IMG/VR virus record: IMGVR_UViG_3300049259_000203
Coordinates: 1-58,390 of that record
Length of the DNA stretch: 58,390 nucleotides
Origin: a virus
Taxonomy: Duplodnaviria; Caudoviricetes
Direction: 5' to 3' (one strand)
Below the pieces are notes generated by a model. It was given only the letters and a program-made list of their open reading frames with translations. It had not been told where the DNA came from and did no database searches. Of the stretch, positions 17,457-25,866 are shown piece by piece (the first letter of the stretch is position 1; the number at the start of each line of letters is the position of its first letter). The position numbers were made by a program, and so were the translations under genes.

Positions 17457-18463
17457 GGACGTCCGGCCGGGCGCATCGCGTCGAGGCGCGCGCCCGCGAT
17501 CGCGAGGTCCGGCAGCTCATCCCAGGTGCGGCCGTCGAGCTCGCGGCCGGCGACCTTCTTACCGACCCGGATGACCGGCGTCACGTTCGCGCCCTCGGGC
17601 AGGTGGTCGTACGTGCAGTGCACGTTCCCGGACCGGTCGATCAGGTACGCCGGCGGCTTCCCGCCCTGACCGTGCAGCGTGTTGAACTCCTCCCCGGGCA
17701 GCGGCGGCCGCCACTCGCCCCACTGCTTGAACAGGAAGGGGACGCCAGCGGCGCCAGCATCGTTGCGCAGGTCCCGGAACCATCCCGGGTGCGGCGGGCG
17801 CGCGTGCGGCCCCGACTCGCCGCCCGCGATGATCCAGCCGATGCCGTCTCGCCGCGGGACGAAGACGGCGCAGTCGGGCGCGTGCTGGCCGGCACCCTCG
17901 AACGTAGGCACGAGGCACCGGCACTCGCCGAACAGGAACGGAGCGAGGTCGACGCCGCCGATCAGCGGCTCGCAGCTCAAGAACCGCAGCCGCGCCGGCA
18001 CCGCGAGGAGATCGGCGATGCGGCCAATCACCCGTTCGCTCTCGACGGTCGTCCCGAGCCACACGTTCACCGGCCACGCGTCGCCCCACGGCGCCATGTC
18101 GGCGACGTTCTCGGGTCGCTTCGTGAGGAGCATCCAGATCAGCCACGGCGTGTCGGCGATGAGCTGCCAGAGCCGCTCGCGGAGCGGGTCCAGCGCCGGG
18201 TGCAGCTCGAAGACGTCGCACATGCTCCCGCTGAACACGCGCGCGATCGTCCCGGCCTGCTCGGCGTCAGCGTTCCACTTGAGCGGCTTCCGCCAGTTGG
18301 CGTCGCTCAACTCGCGGCGCGGCCCGTTCTTGCCCCACACGTCGTGGCCGTACCGCTTCGCCTGCGCCTCGGCGTAGCAGCCGTCGCAGCCTGCCGAGAC
18401 GCGCGCGCAGCCCCACCACGGGTTGAAGCTGTAGTCCGCCCACTCGATCTTGGTCAGTCCCAC
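17450..18463 (-). CDS. Phage Gp37/Gp68 (DUF5131) radical-SAM-like protein
   Basis: TKIEWAD..NPWWGCARVSAGCDGCYAE, SMCDVF, LLTKRP, FLSCEPL, WIIAGGESG, FLFKQWG. Confidence 0.9.
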   Translation of the reverse strand: MGLTKIEWADYSFNPWWGCARVSAGCDGCYAEAQAKRYGHDVWGKNGPRRELSDANWRKPLKWNADAEQAGTIARVFSGSMCDVFELHPALDPLRERLWQLIADTPWLIWMLLTKRPENVADMAPWGDAWPVNVWLGTTVESERVIGRIADLLAVPARLRFLSCEPLIGGVDLAPFLFGECRCLVPTFEGAGQHAPDCAVFVPRRDGIGWIIAGGESGPHARPPHPGWFRDLRNDAGAAGVPFLFKQWGEWRPPLPGEEFNTLHGQGGKPPAYLIDRSGNVHCTYDHLPEGANVTPVIRVGKKVAGRELDGRTWDELPDLAIAGARLDAMRPAGRPC

Positions 18464-18960
18464 CCGTACCTCCTGCGTAGGTGTTCCAGCGCGTCGTCGG
18501 CGTCGTCGCCCTTGACGACGAGCCGCGGCCGCACCGCGACGAGCAGCGCGTAGACGTCCCGCGCGCCCTGGATCGTCCACGCGAACACCTGCTCGCGTCC
18601 GAGGTTGCCGCGGCTCACGCAGCCGTGCCCGAACGTGGCGACGAGCCACTCGATGAGCGGGACGCTGGTGTTGTAGATCGACACGAACGGGCGCCTCACC
18701 TTGGCGCTGGTCGAGTGGTCGGTCTTGAAACGCACCGAGCCGTCCGCGTCGATCAGGCCCGCGACGTACGCCAGCGTTACCTCGTCCGGCAGCGTGATCC
18801 GTTGTGGCGCCGGCTCGTACGTCCGCGAGCGGTTCCGGTGCGTCGCCGCCGCGCTGATGCGGGCGCGGGCGTCAGCGGTGTGGGTCTTGCCGTAGAACGG
18901 GTTCGCGGCGCCCGTCCTCGCCACCGAGAGCGCCGAGCGCGTCGCGGCGGTGTGCCTCAC
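18454..18960 (-). CDS. NUMOD3 plus single-motif LAGLIDADG homing endonuclease
   Basis: NPFYGKTHTADARARIS (NUMOD3) followed by LAYVAGLIDADGSV. Confidence 0.8.
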   Translation of the reverse strand: MRHTAATRSALSVARTGAANPFYGKTHTADARARISAAATHRNRSRTYEPAPQRITLPDEVTLAYVAGLIDADGSVRFKTDHSTSAKVRRPFVSIYNTSVPLIEWLVATFGHGCVSRGNLGREQVFAWTIQGARDVYALLVAVRPRLVVKGDDADDALEHLRRRYGWD

Positions 18961-19391
18961 GCGGCCTTCCTGCTCTCGTTGATCGCGCGCAGGACGGCGG
19001 TCGGCGCGAGCCAGAGCCCGAGCTGCCCGCGCTCGGGGATGTGCGCGTCCAGCGCGACGACGTCGTCGATGAGCCAGTGGCACTGCTCGGCGGCGGCCCA
19101 CGCCGGGTCGCACGCGCACTGGAGCGTCGCCGTACGGCGCGACTCCTCGCAGACGCCGACGAGGCGGAACGACCCGACGAACACGCCCGCGGGCATCGCG
19201 TCCTTCGGCGGCACGTCGACGCCGGCGAGGATCATCGCCCGGTAGCCCGCCTTGTCGAACGACTTCGCCGCGTGCATCGCGACCACGTTGCCGATCTGGT
19301 CCCGCGGCGGCGACCAGAGTCGGTTCTCGATGCGCTTGCCGGCGTGCAGGATCGCCCACCACCACGGCTGCGAACCGGAGAGGGCCTTCAC
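18957..19391 (-). CDS. ASCH domain protein
   Basis: KALSGSQPW..AILHAGKRIENRLW..HA..GQLGLW. Confidence 0.85.
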   Translation of the reverse strand: MKALSGSQPWWWAILHAGKRIENRLWSPPRDQIGNVVAMHAAKSFDKAGYRAMILAGVDVPPKDAMPAGVFVGSFRLVGVCEESRRTATLQCACDPAWAAAEQCHWLIDDVVALDAHIPERGQLGLWLAPTAVLRAINESRKAA

Positions 19392-19828
19392 AGCCGGGCC
19401 CGCAGGCCGCCGTGCGCGTTGGCGTGCTCGGCGAGGGCCGCGCCGCGCTCCCACGGCCGAGACGTCGGGACGACCTCTGCGACGACCGCGGGGCCGTCGG
19501 GCTTGAGCGCGGCGACGAGCCGGTCCGTCGCGTCGAGCACGACGACAGCGAGCGTGGCGAGGCCCCATCCGACGACGACGGCGTAGTCGTAGCCGGCGAC
19601 GATGAGCACGAGCTCGACCGCGACCGCGGCGTACGACAGGCCGCGGCGGGTCATCACCGCGTCGACGAGAGCCAGCGCCGCCAGCACGGGCAGGGCGGCG
19701 ATCAGGAACGCCAGGTCACCGACGCCGCCGGCGTACCGCCGGATGACGGCGGACGTACGACGGCGCCGGCTTGGCGACGGCGTCGTCGGGGTCGCTGGTC
19801 GGCGCCTTCCGCGGGTCCACACCTTCAC
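19388..19828 (-). CDS. Putative membrane protein
   Basis: Three hydrophobic stretches; start uncertain. Confidence 0.5.
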   Translation of the reverse strand: MKVWTRGRRRPATPTTPSPSRRRRTSAVIRRYAGGVGDLAFLIAALPVLAALALVDAVMTRRGLSYAAVAVELVLIVAGYDYAVVVGWGLATLAVVVLDATDRLVAALKPDGPAVVAEVVPTSRPWERGAALAEHANAHGGLRARL

Positions 19829-20033
19829 CTGGCAGCCCTCCGGTCTGCTCGAGGACCGCCGTGTGCCGGCGTATCCGTTCCTGCTCCTTCATCACCGCGA
19901 CGCGCAGGTCGCGGGCGTTCTGGCTGGTGGCGCCCCACCGCTCCTCGGCCCTGGCGAGGCGCTCGTATAGCTCGACGATCCTGCGCTCGGCTCGGCGCAG
20001 CCCGGTCCACGCGCGGTAGCGGTCCCATCTCAC
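19716..20033 (-). CDS. Hypothetical coiled-coil protein
   Basis: GTGA overlap with the stop of the ParB-like gene. Confidence 0.5.
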   Translation of the reverse strand: MRWDRYRAWTGLRRAERRIVELYERLARAEERWGATSQNARDLRVAVMKEQERIRRHTAVLEQTGGLPGEGVDPRKAPTSDPDDAVAKPAPSYVRRHPAVRRRRR

Positions 20034-20971
20034 CGGCCCGCCAGGTACTCGGCGGCCATGACCTCCAGCACCTTCCACGTTGGCGTCTCCGGGTCGACGT
20101 CGCCGCAGTCGCGGGCCCGGTCGATCGCCTGCGCGACGACGGCGGCCGCGTCGGCGGGGATCGCCCGGGTGCCGAACAGCGTCTCCAGCGGCGCGGAGCC
20201 CTTGTGCCTGGGCAGGCCGGTGTGCTCGTCGAACCAGCCGGCGCGCAGGTCCTCCAGGTGCCGCTCGCCGAGCGCGATGAGCAGCATCACGGCGGTCGCG
20301 ACGTTCGCGACGTCGTACGCGGTGTGCGTCGTCTCGATGAGGTCCAGCATCGGGTCGTACTCGCGCATCGCGACGAGCCACCGCGAGTCGGCGGGGACGC
20401 TGCGCAGCATCGTCGTGAACGCCTCGCGGGCCCGCTCGACCTCGGCAGGCAGGAACACGAGGCTGATCGTCGTGAAGTCGAGGTTGGCCTCGCCGAGCGC
20501 CCCGACCTCGACCTGCGACAGCAGCTCCAGCACCTTGTCGTCGAGCCCGGAGTATTGCCGCAGGTCGATCTCGGCGATCTCGTCGTAGAGCTGCTTGAGG
20601 ACGCCCGGGTCGTCCTCGCCCTCGATCGCGTTGTGCGAGAGCTGGATCGCGATGCGCCGGTCCTTCGGGATCGGGTCGAGCGCCACCATGACGTAGATCA
20701 CGTCGAGGCCCGCGTCGATCGACGCCCTGATGCGGTGGTTGCCGGAGAGGACCTCCAGCGCGCCGGCGTGCTCGCCTTCGTCGATCGTCCAGCAGAACGG
20801 CGTGCTCGTCAGGCACCCGTCCGCCTTGATGTTCGCGACGAGCTGCCGGTACCGCTCGTTGCGCATGTACCGGGCGTTGAGCTCCAACAGCCGCACGTCG
20901 CGCGGGTTGACCTGCCGGACCTCGGTGCGCAGCTTCCCGAACACGCCGACCGGGTCGAAGACGTCACCCAC
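20030..20971 (-). CDS. ParB/sulfiredoxin N-terminal-domain protein (DNA-modification-associated type)
   Basis: NARYM..LVANIKADG..EVLSGNHRIRA..IQLSHNAI; no obvious Spo0J HTH. Confidence 0.8.
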   Translation of the reverse strand: MGDVFDPVGVFGKLRTEVRQVNPRDVRLLELNARYMRNERYRQLVANIKADGCLTSTPFCWTIDEGEHAGALEVLSGNHRIRASIDAGLDVIYVMVALDPIPKDRRIAIQLSHNAIEGEDDPGVLKQLYDEIAEIDLRQYSGLDDKVLELLSQVEVGALGEANLDFTTISLVFLPAEVERAREAFTTMLRSVPADSRWLVAMREYDPMLDLIETTHTAYDVANVATAVMLLIALGERHLEDLRAGWFDEHTGLPRHKGSAPLETLFGTRAIPADAAAVVAQAIDRARDCGDVDPETPTWKVLEVMAAEYLAGR

Positions 20972-21206
20972 GGGCCCGCTCCCGCCCCTGGTCGGTGAGC
21001 GCGTACCCGACGAGCGTCGACGTGAGCGGCTCGGTGCGCACCAGCCCCTCGTGGATGAGGCGCATCAGCCGGCCGCGCACCGCCCGCCCGTTCGCGTCGC
21101 CGAGCTCGTGACGGACCGCGGTGATCGTCGCCTTCCCGTCGCCGGCGGCCTGCGCCGCGGCGTCGACCGCCCGCAGCACCGCCCGGTCGGTGTCCTCGAT
21201 GGTCAC
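20964..21206 (-). CDS. Small winged-helix protein
   Basis: AVRGRLMRLIHEGLV..YALTDQG. Confidence 0.6.
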   Translation of the reverse strand: MTIEDTDRAVLRAVDAAAQAAGDGKATITAVRHELGDANGRAVRGRLMRLIHEGLVRTEPLTSTLVGYALTDQGRERARG

Positions 21207-21898
21207 GCCGACTCCCGGTGATGACGGTCCAGCACAGCCCACGCCTCGTTCACCCGCTGCATCGCCTCGGTCGTGCCGCCGGCGTCCGGGTGCGCGACCC
21301 GCGACGCGTTGACCTTGATCGTGCGGGCGTACTTGGCGTCGGCGAGCATCCCGTCGATGTCGTTGTCGGTCGGCTCCCGGTCGCCCCACAGCCGGAACAG
21401 CAGCAGCGCCGCGTCCCGCGCGGTGAGCCCGGCACCGATCGCCGTCGCCTGCCCGGGCAGCGCCTTGAAGCCTTGGTACTGCTGCCGGCGCTTCGTCACG
21501 CCGTAGTCGTCGAGGCGCCGCAGCATGACGAGCGCGAGCGCGACGGCGCGGACGTTGTGCTGCCACGACGGCGCCCTGCTCGTTGCCCACTGCGGCCGCC
21601 GGAACGCGTCGCACGGGTACACGTACTCGCCGTCGCTGCCGGTGTTGAACCGGACGACGACCCCGCCGTGCACGAACCGCGCGTCGGCGCGCAGCCCGCC
21701 GTCCTGGCGGATGCCCCGCTCGTCGACCGCCACCTGGATGACGACGATCTTCGCGCCGAGGCGTCCGGCTTCCTTGAGCAGCAGCGTCTTCGTGTCGTCC
21801 CACGACGCGGTGAACGCGCTGTCGGTCACCTTCTCCCCGGCGACGCCGTCCGGCCAGAACACCAGCCGCTCGAACCGCAGGACCGGCAGGTCGCTCAC
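21203..21898 (-). CDS. J-domain (DnaJ-like) protein
   Basis: C-terminal HPDAGG..MQRVNEAW J-domain motif. Confidence 0.75.
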   Translation of the reverse strand: MSDLPVLRFERLVFWPDGVAGEKVTDSAFTASWDDTKTLLLKEAGRLGAKIVVIQVAVDERGIRQDGGLRADARFVHGGVVVRFNTGSDGEYVYPCDAFRRPQWATSRAPSWQHNVRAVALALVMLRRLDDYGVTKRRQQYQGFKALPGQATAIGAGLTARDAALLLFRLWGDREPTDNDIDGMLADAKYARTIKVNASRVAHPDAGGTTEAMQRVNEAWAVLDRHHRESA

Positions 21899-22185
21899 GA
21901 GCCCGCGGGGAGCGCGGGCGCGGTGCCGCCGTACGCCTCGATGACGTCGCCGAAGCCGACGCCGGCGTCGACGGCGGTGCGCGCGATCGCGCCGCGCACC
22001 CGGGCGAGCTCGCGCCGGAGGTCGTCGAGCTCGTCGGCGACCTGGTCCCGCTCCAGCTCGGCGGCGGCCGCCCGCTCGTTGGCTTCCTCGACCATCGCCC
22101 AGGTCGCGCGCCCGCGCTTGTCGCCCTCGTCGGTGGGCGCGGCCGGGGTGGCGGTCTCGGCGGCGCGGGTGTCCAGCTCGGTCAT
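21895..22185 (-). CDS. Hypothetical coiled-coil protein
   Basis: ATGA overlap and GAGGAG RBS. Confidence 0.6.
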   Translation of the reverse strand: MTELDTRAAETATPAAPTDEGDKRGRATWAMVEEANERAAAAELERDQVADELDDLRRELARVRGAIARTAVDAGVGFGDVIEAYGGTAPALPAGS

Positions 22186-23513
22186 GCGGCGCTCCTCTGT
22201 CCGTGTCGGGTCTTCCACTGCTCCAGACCCTCGGCGAGGGTCCAGCGGCCGGCGGCGCTCGTGTAGTTGAGCATCGTCGTGAACTCGGGGTATGGGCTCG
22301 GCTTCCGGCTCGCCAGGTCGAACAGCCCGCGGTACTTCATCGACACCGGCTTGTTCGTGAACGCGGTCGTGTTCACGGTGCGGATGCGGCGGCTCGCCGC
22401 GCGCTGCATCAGCGCCTGCGCCTCGGTCGACAGCGCGGCCGTCAGGACGAGCTTCGACAGCCGCGGGTACCCGGTCGGCGCCACCGCGAAATCACTCAGG
22501 AGATACGCGCTGTACCGGTCGAACTTCGGCGCGCCGACGGCGAACGCGCCGACGAGCAGCCCGTCGACGAGGACGGCGTACGCGTTCATCGGCTGCGCCG
22601 GCGCGATCTTCGGGTCGAGGAAGCGGGAGCGCAGCGTCGCGAACTGCGGCAGCCGCAGCTCGGCGATCTGGAGCCGCTCGCCGATCTCGTCACCAGGCCC
22701 CAGGCAGGGGTTGAGCACCGGCTCGGTCTTCTGGCTCGGCCGGACGACGCGCGCGCCGCGCTCCGAGCTGTACACGTAGATCGTGCGGGCCCGCGCGGTC
22801 TCCTGCACGGTGCCCCGCAGGTACGACCCGAGCTCGGGGTGCGGGACGTTCGTGCCGGTGATCCAGTGCGGCCGGTCGGTGATCGTCTCGATCAGCGCGG
22901 CCACGCCCTCCTCGTCGAGGACCTCGTACTCCGGCGCGGGCCAGTCGAACGCCTCGTGCAGCGCCGCGAACATCGTCTCGTACCCGCCGGTGTCGAACGG
23001 CGGGAACGACGCGACGATGCCGTCGCGGGGGACCTCGCTCATCAGCCACTCGCCGGCGTCGCCGGCGTAGAACGACTCGAGCCGCACCGTCAGCTTCGCG
23101 AGCTTCGCGACCGTCGAGTCGTACAGCCGCGTCCACTGCTCGCGGTACGCCGTCGCCATCCGGTCGAAGTAGGCGTTGCCGGGGCGGTCGATCGCCGGCA
23201 GGAGCCGCGTGCACAGCAGCAGCGTCGCCACCGTGCCGGGGCCGCCGTCGAGGTACGGCCGCAGCCACTCCAGGTCCTCCCGGTCGGGCTTCACGTCGAC
23301 CGGGACCGGCGTGCGGCCGGACAGCCACCAGCCGATCGCGCAGGTGTAGAGCTGGACGTCGTTGCCGTGCAGCCGGCGGCCGGTGGGGGCGAGGGTCCGC
23401 TCGATCGTGAAGTTGCCGGAGCAGGCGACGTACACGTCCTGGTCGGCCGGCCACGACAGCGCGTGCTCGGCGATAATCGCGCGGAGCGGCTGCGGGAGGC
23501 TACCGAGAAACAT
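22182..23513 (-). CDS. Amino-methyltransferase-like domain fused to a GNAT/Mom-like domain (putative DNA base-modification enzyme)
   Basis: Start MFLGSLP at 23513. N-half has VYVACSGNF (motif I-like), GND, and SFPPF (degenerate motif IV). C-half has YAVLVDGLLVGAF..YLLSDFAV..RLSKLVL..TTAFT..MKYRG (GNAT-like). Confidence 0.7.
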   Translation of the reverse strand: MFLGSLPQPLRAIIAEHALSWPADQDVYVACSGNFTIERTLAPTGRRLHGNDVQLYTCAIGWWLSGRTPVPVDVKPDREDLEWLRPYLDGGPGTVATLLLCTRLLPAIDRPGNAYFDRMATAYREQWTRLYDSTVAKLAKLTVRLESFYAGDAGEWLMSEVPRDGIVASFPPFDTGGYETMFAALHEAFDWPAPEYEVLDEEGVAALIETITDRPHWITGTNVPHPELGSYLRGTVQETARARTIYVYSSERGARVVRPSQKTEPVLNPCLGPGDEIGERLQIAELRLPQFATLRSRFLDPKIAPAQPMNAYAVLVDGLLVGAFAVGAPKFDRYSAYLLSDFAVAPTGYPRLSKLVLTAALSTEAQALMQRAASRRIRTVNTTAFTNKPVSMKYRGLFDLASRKPSPYPEFTTMLNYTSAAGRWTLAEGLEQWKTRHGQRSAA

Positions 23514-23736
23514 CGACCACGTCGAAGCCGTCGGAGCGCAGGTGGTCGAGGACCTCGTCGACGTCGACGTGCGGGGGGCGCACGTACAGGAGGCCGATCG
23601 TGACGATCGGCGACTCGTTGCCGACGCCGTACTCGGTGCACACACTCGCGACCTGCTCGTACTGGCTGCGCAGCGCGCGCAGCGCGACCTCGTCGGCGGT
23701 CGACCGCGGCCGTACCGTGATCGTCGGGTAGTGCAT
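23500..23736 (-). CDS. Small hypothetical protein
   Basis: AAGGAGG RBS before MHYPTIT. Confidence 0.7.
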   Translation of the reverse strand: MHYPTITVRPRSTADEVALRALRSQYEQVASVCTEYGVGNESPIVTIGLLYVRPPHVDVDEVLDHLRSDGFDVVDVSR

Positions 23737-23751
23737 CGTCGTACCTCCTTG

Positions 23752-23822
23752 AGCGCCGGGGAGGACTCGAACCTCCGCACCACGACTGGTCGCCGTGGGA
23801 GTGCCCGCTGCACTGCCGACGC
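23752..23822 (-). tRNA. Non-canonical tRNA-Gly-like element
   Basis: Cloverleaf: acceptor GCGTCGG/CCGGCGC plus discriminator T; D-arm GTGC-AGCGG-GCAC; anticodon arm CACGG-CGACCAG-TCGTG; T-arm GGAGG-TTCGAGT-CCTCC. No encoded CCA. Confidence 0.7.
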
Positions 23823-23857
23823 GGGACCGGGCCCCACCCCTCGCGGGGCCCGGTGGT

Positions 23858-24271
23858 CTAGCGGCCGAGCGGTAGTGCGTCCCGTTCGGCGTCGCGGCCG
23901 AGCTCGGGCACCGGCTCGCCGGTGTTCTGCGTCCACCACTCGGCGAAGATGCGGCGGTGGCACCACAGGTCCGGCTTGCCGAGGTCCTCGAAGCAGAGCA
24001 GGACGAGGGTCTCCTCGCCGGCCTGGTCGGCGACCGCCTGGCACTCGGCCGCGATGCGGGCGACGCCGGCGGCGTCGAGCCGGGCGACGTAGAGCTTGGT
24101 GTAGGCCGGCCGCTCCAGCCGGAGCCACGCCCGGTCGGGGTAGAGGGTCGGGAGCGCGTGGACGAGCGGGTACTTGGTGCCGTACCGGGGTGCTCCGATG
24201 CTCGTCCTGACGGGCACGCCCATCGGCTCGCGGAACTGCGAGTACGAGCAGGTGCGTAGGTCGAAAGCCAC
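23858..24271 (-). CDS. DUF488-family protein
   Basis: TCSY..PVRTSIGAP..LYP..LVLLCFE..WCHRRIFAEW. Confidence 0.75.
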   Translation of the reverse strand: MAFDLRTCSYSQFREPMGVPVRTSIGAPRYGTKYPLVHALPTLYPDRAWLRLERPAYTKLYVARLDAAGVARIAAECQAVADQAGEETLVLLCFEDLGKPDLWCHRRIFAEWWTQNTGEPVPELGRDAERDALPLGR

Positions 24272-24274
24272 TGG

Positions 24275-24345
24275 TCGGTCCTCCTGTGAGAGGTTGGTGT
24301 GCTGATCCCAATGTACATGATGTAGGCACAGAGAGTGCGGGTTTG
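24275..24345 (-). promoter_or_regulatory. Probable promoter/operator and extended RBS for the DUF488-tRNA-like-MTase/GNAT operon
   Basis: AT-rich gap containing ATGTACAT and the CTCTCACAGGAGGACC start motif; only a partial match to the promoter repeat. Confidence 0.5.
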
Positions 24346-24346
24346 G

Positions 24347-25264
24347 TCAGGTGGTCGGCGTGTCGCCGCGGGCGTCCTCCAACCTCGCCGTCGCGAGCGA
24401 CAGCGCCTTCGCGCGGCGCATCGTGCGCCGCGCCCTGAGCATCTGCTGGTACACGGCCTCGAACCGCTCGGCGTGCAGCCCGAGCTCCCCGGACAGCGCG
24501 CTGGCGAGGTCCTCCGGCCGCAGGATCGCGATGTCGGCGAGGAGCGCGCTCACGCCGTACAGCCGCTCGATCGCGTGCCGCGTCTCCTTCCGGCGCCGCC
24601 GCTGCTGCTCGACCTGCTCGGGTGTGCGGTCGTCCGGCCAGAACGCCGTCTGCTGCTCGCCGAGCTTGAGCGCCCGCGCGAAGTCGACGGCGTCGGTCTC
24701 GGTGGGGAAGTCGCCGCGGACGTACCGCGCGACGGCGTGCCGCTGGCTCGCCGGCGAGAGCTGCGCGATGTAGTACGCCGGCGTGATCTTCAACGCGCCG
24801 GCGTCGACGAGCGGCCAGAAGTCCTCGCGCAGCGTGAGCAGCCCCATCCGCCAGTGCACGTACTCGGTGCTCTTGCCGAACCGCTTCGCGATCGTTGCGA
24901 CGTCGCGGCCGGCGGCGTGCAGGAAGCCGTACGCCGCGACCTCCTCCATGATCGTCATGTCGGCGCGGTTGACGTTCTCGGCGACGCTCGCCTCGAACGC
25001 CTCGACGTCGTCGGTGAGCCCGTCGAACACGATCGACGGGATGTCGGTCACGTCGGCGAGCCGGGCAGCGCGCCAGCGGCGCTCGCCGGCGACGATCAGG
25101 TAGCGGCCCTCGTCGGCCGGGCGGACAAGGATCGGCTCGAGGACGCCGAGCTCGGCGATCAACGCGGCCAGCTCCGCGAGCTTCGCCTCGTCGAAGTGCT
25201 TGCGCGGCTGCCGCGGGTCCCGGTCGATCTGGTCGAGCGGGAGGACGTCGTACCGGGGGCGCAT
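24347..25264 (-). CDS. ParB/Spo0J-family protein
   Basis: QPRKHFD..GVLEPILVR..YLIVAGERRWRAA..ENVNRAD..HTH (IAKRFGKS). Confidence 0.9.
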   Translation of the reverse strand: MRPRYDVLPLDQIDRDPRQPRKHFDEAKLAELAALIAELGVLEPILVRPADEGRYLIVAGERRWRAARLADVTDIPSIVFDGLTDDVEAFEASVAENVNRADMTIMEEVAAYGFLHAAGRDVATIAKRFGKSTEYVHWRMGLLTLREDFWPLVDAGALKITPAYYIAQLSPASQRHAVARYVRGDFPTETDAVDFARALKLGEQQTAFWPDDRTPEQVEQQRRRRKETRHAIERLYGVSALLADIAILRPEDLASALSGELGLHAERFEAVYQQMLRARRTMRRAKALSLATARLEDARGDTPTT

Positions 25265-25866
25265 CACGACACGGCCTCCGCGGTGGCGCACCGCTCGCAC
25301 TCCCGGCCGTCGCGCACCGCGTCGACGTCGGTCAGGACGCGCCGGCAGCCTGCCCGCACGCAGCAGAGCTGGAGGGCCACCCAGCGGCCGATGTCCACGA
25401 GCAGGTCCCGTACGACGTCGTCGGCGGCGTCCTGGACGCTGGCCGGCGCGGTGTCGACCGGTGCCTGCCACGTTCCGGTCTCCAGCACGACCCGCAGCGC
25501 GTGGTCACCGGTGAGCGTCCCGACGATGCCGAGCGCCTGGGTGGCGAGCGTCGCGACGATGTCCGCGAAGTCGTCCGCCGACCGGGCGGTCATGTCGAGG
25601 GACTCGACCAGGTCGCTGATCGCGGTGATCGACACCAGCTCGGCGGGGTCGTCACCGTCGAGGACGCCGGCGAGGTAGTCCCCCGCGCGCGAGCGCCAGG
25701 CGGTGTCGGCACCGCGCCATGCCGGCCAGACGTACTGGATGAGCGTCGCGCGCGTCACGTCGACGTCGCCCTTGTCGGCGGCCGGCGCCCACAGCGCCTC
25801 GGGCACGTCGAGCGCGGCGGCGGTCCGGCGCGTGAGCAGCACCGTCGCGTCTTCCGGCCCGGTCAC
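25264..25866 (-). CDS. Hypothetical protein with C-terminal Zn-finger
   Basis: GTGA overlap; CxxxxC..CERC. Confidence 0.6.
   Translation of the reverse strand: MTGPEDATVLLTRRTAAALDVPEALWAPAADKGDVDVTRATLIQYVWPAWRGADTAWRSRAGDYLAGVLDGDDPAELVSITAISDLVESLDMTARSADDFADIVATLATQALGIVGTLTGDHALRVVLETGTWQAPVDTAPASVQDAADDVVRDLLVDIGRWVALQLCCVRAGCRRVLTDVDAVRDGRECERCATAEAVS

Noticed and set aside
18454-18960. Intein or group I intron around the LAGLIDADG gene
   Set aside because: No intein splice motifs, no room for intron core structure, and both flanking genes are intact.
23752-23822. Ordinary translational tRNA-Gly(ACC), or an attP remnant
   Set aside because: It lacks U8 and U33 and has abnormal D-arm spacing. 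A full cloverleaf is present rather than only a 3' half, and no integrase is nearby.
23514-24329. N-terminal extension making the MTase-GNAT ORF 715 aa
   Set aside because: The extension is off-frame sequence overlapping DUF488, the tRNA-like element and a small gene; the real start is MFLGS at 23513.
24347-25264. Complete phage parABS cassette
   Set aside because: No ParA/Soj deviant Walker A protein is adjacent; the only parS-like site found is 20 kb away.
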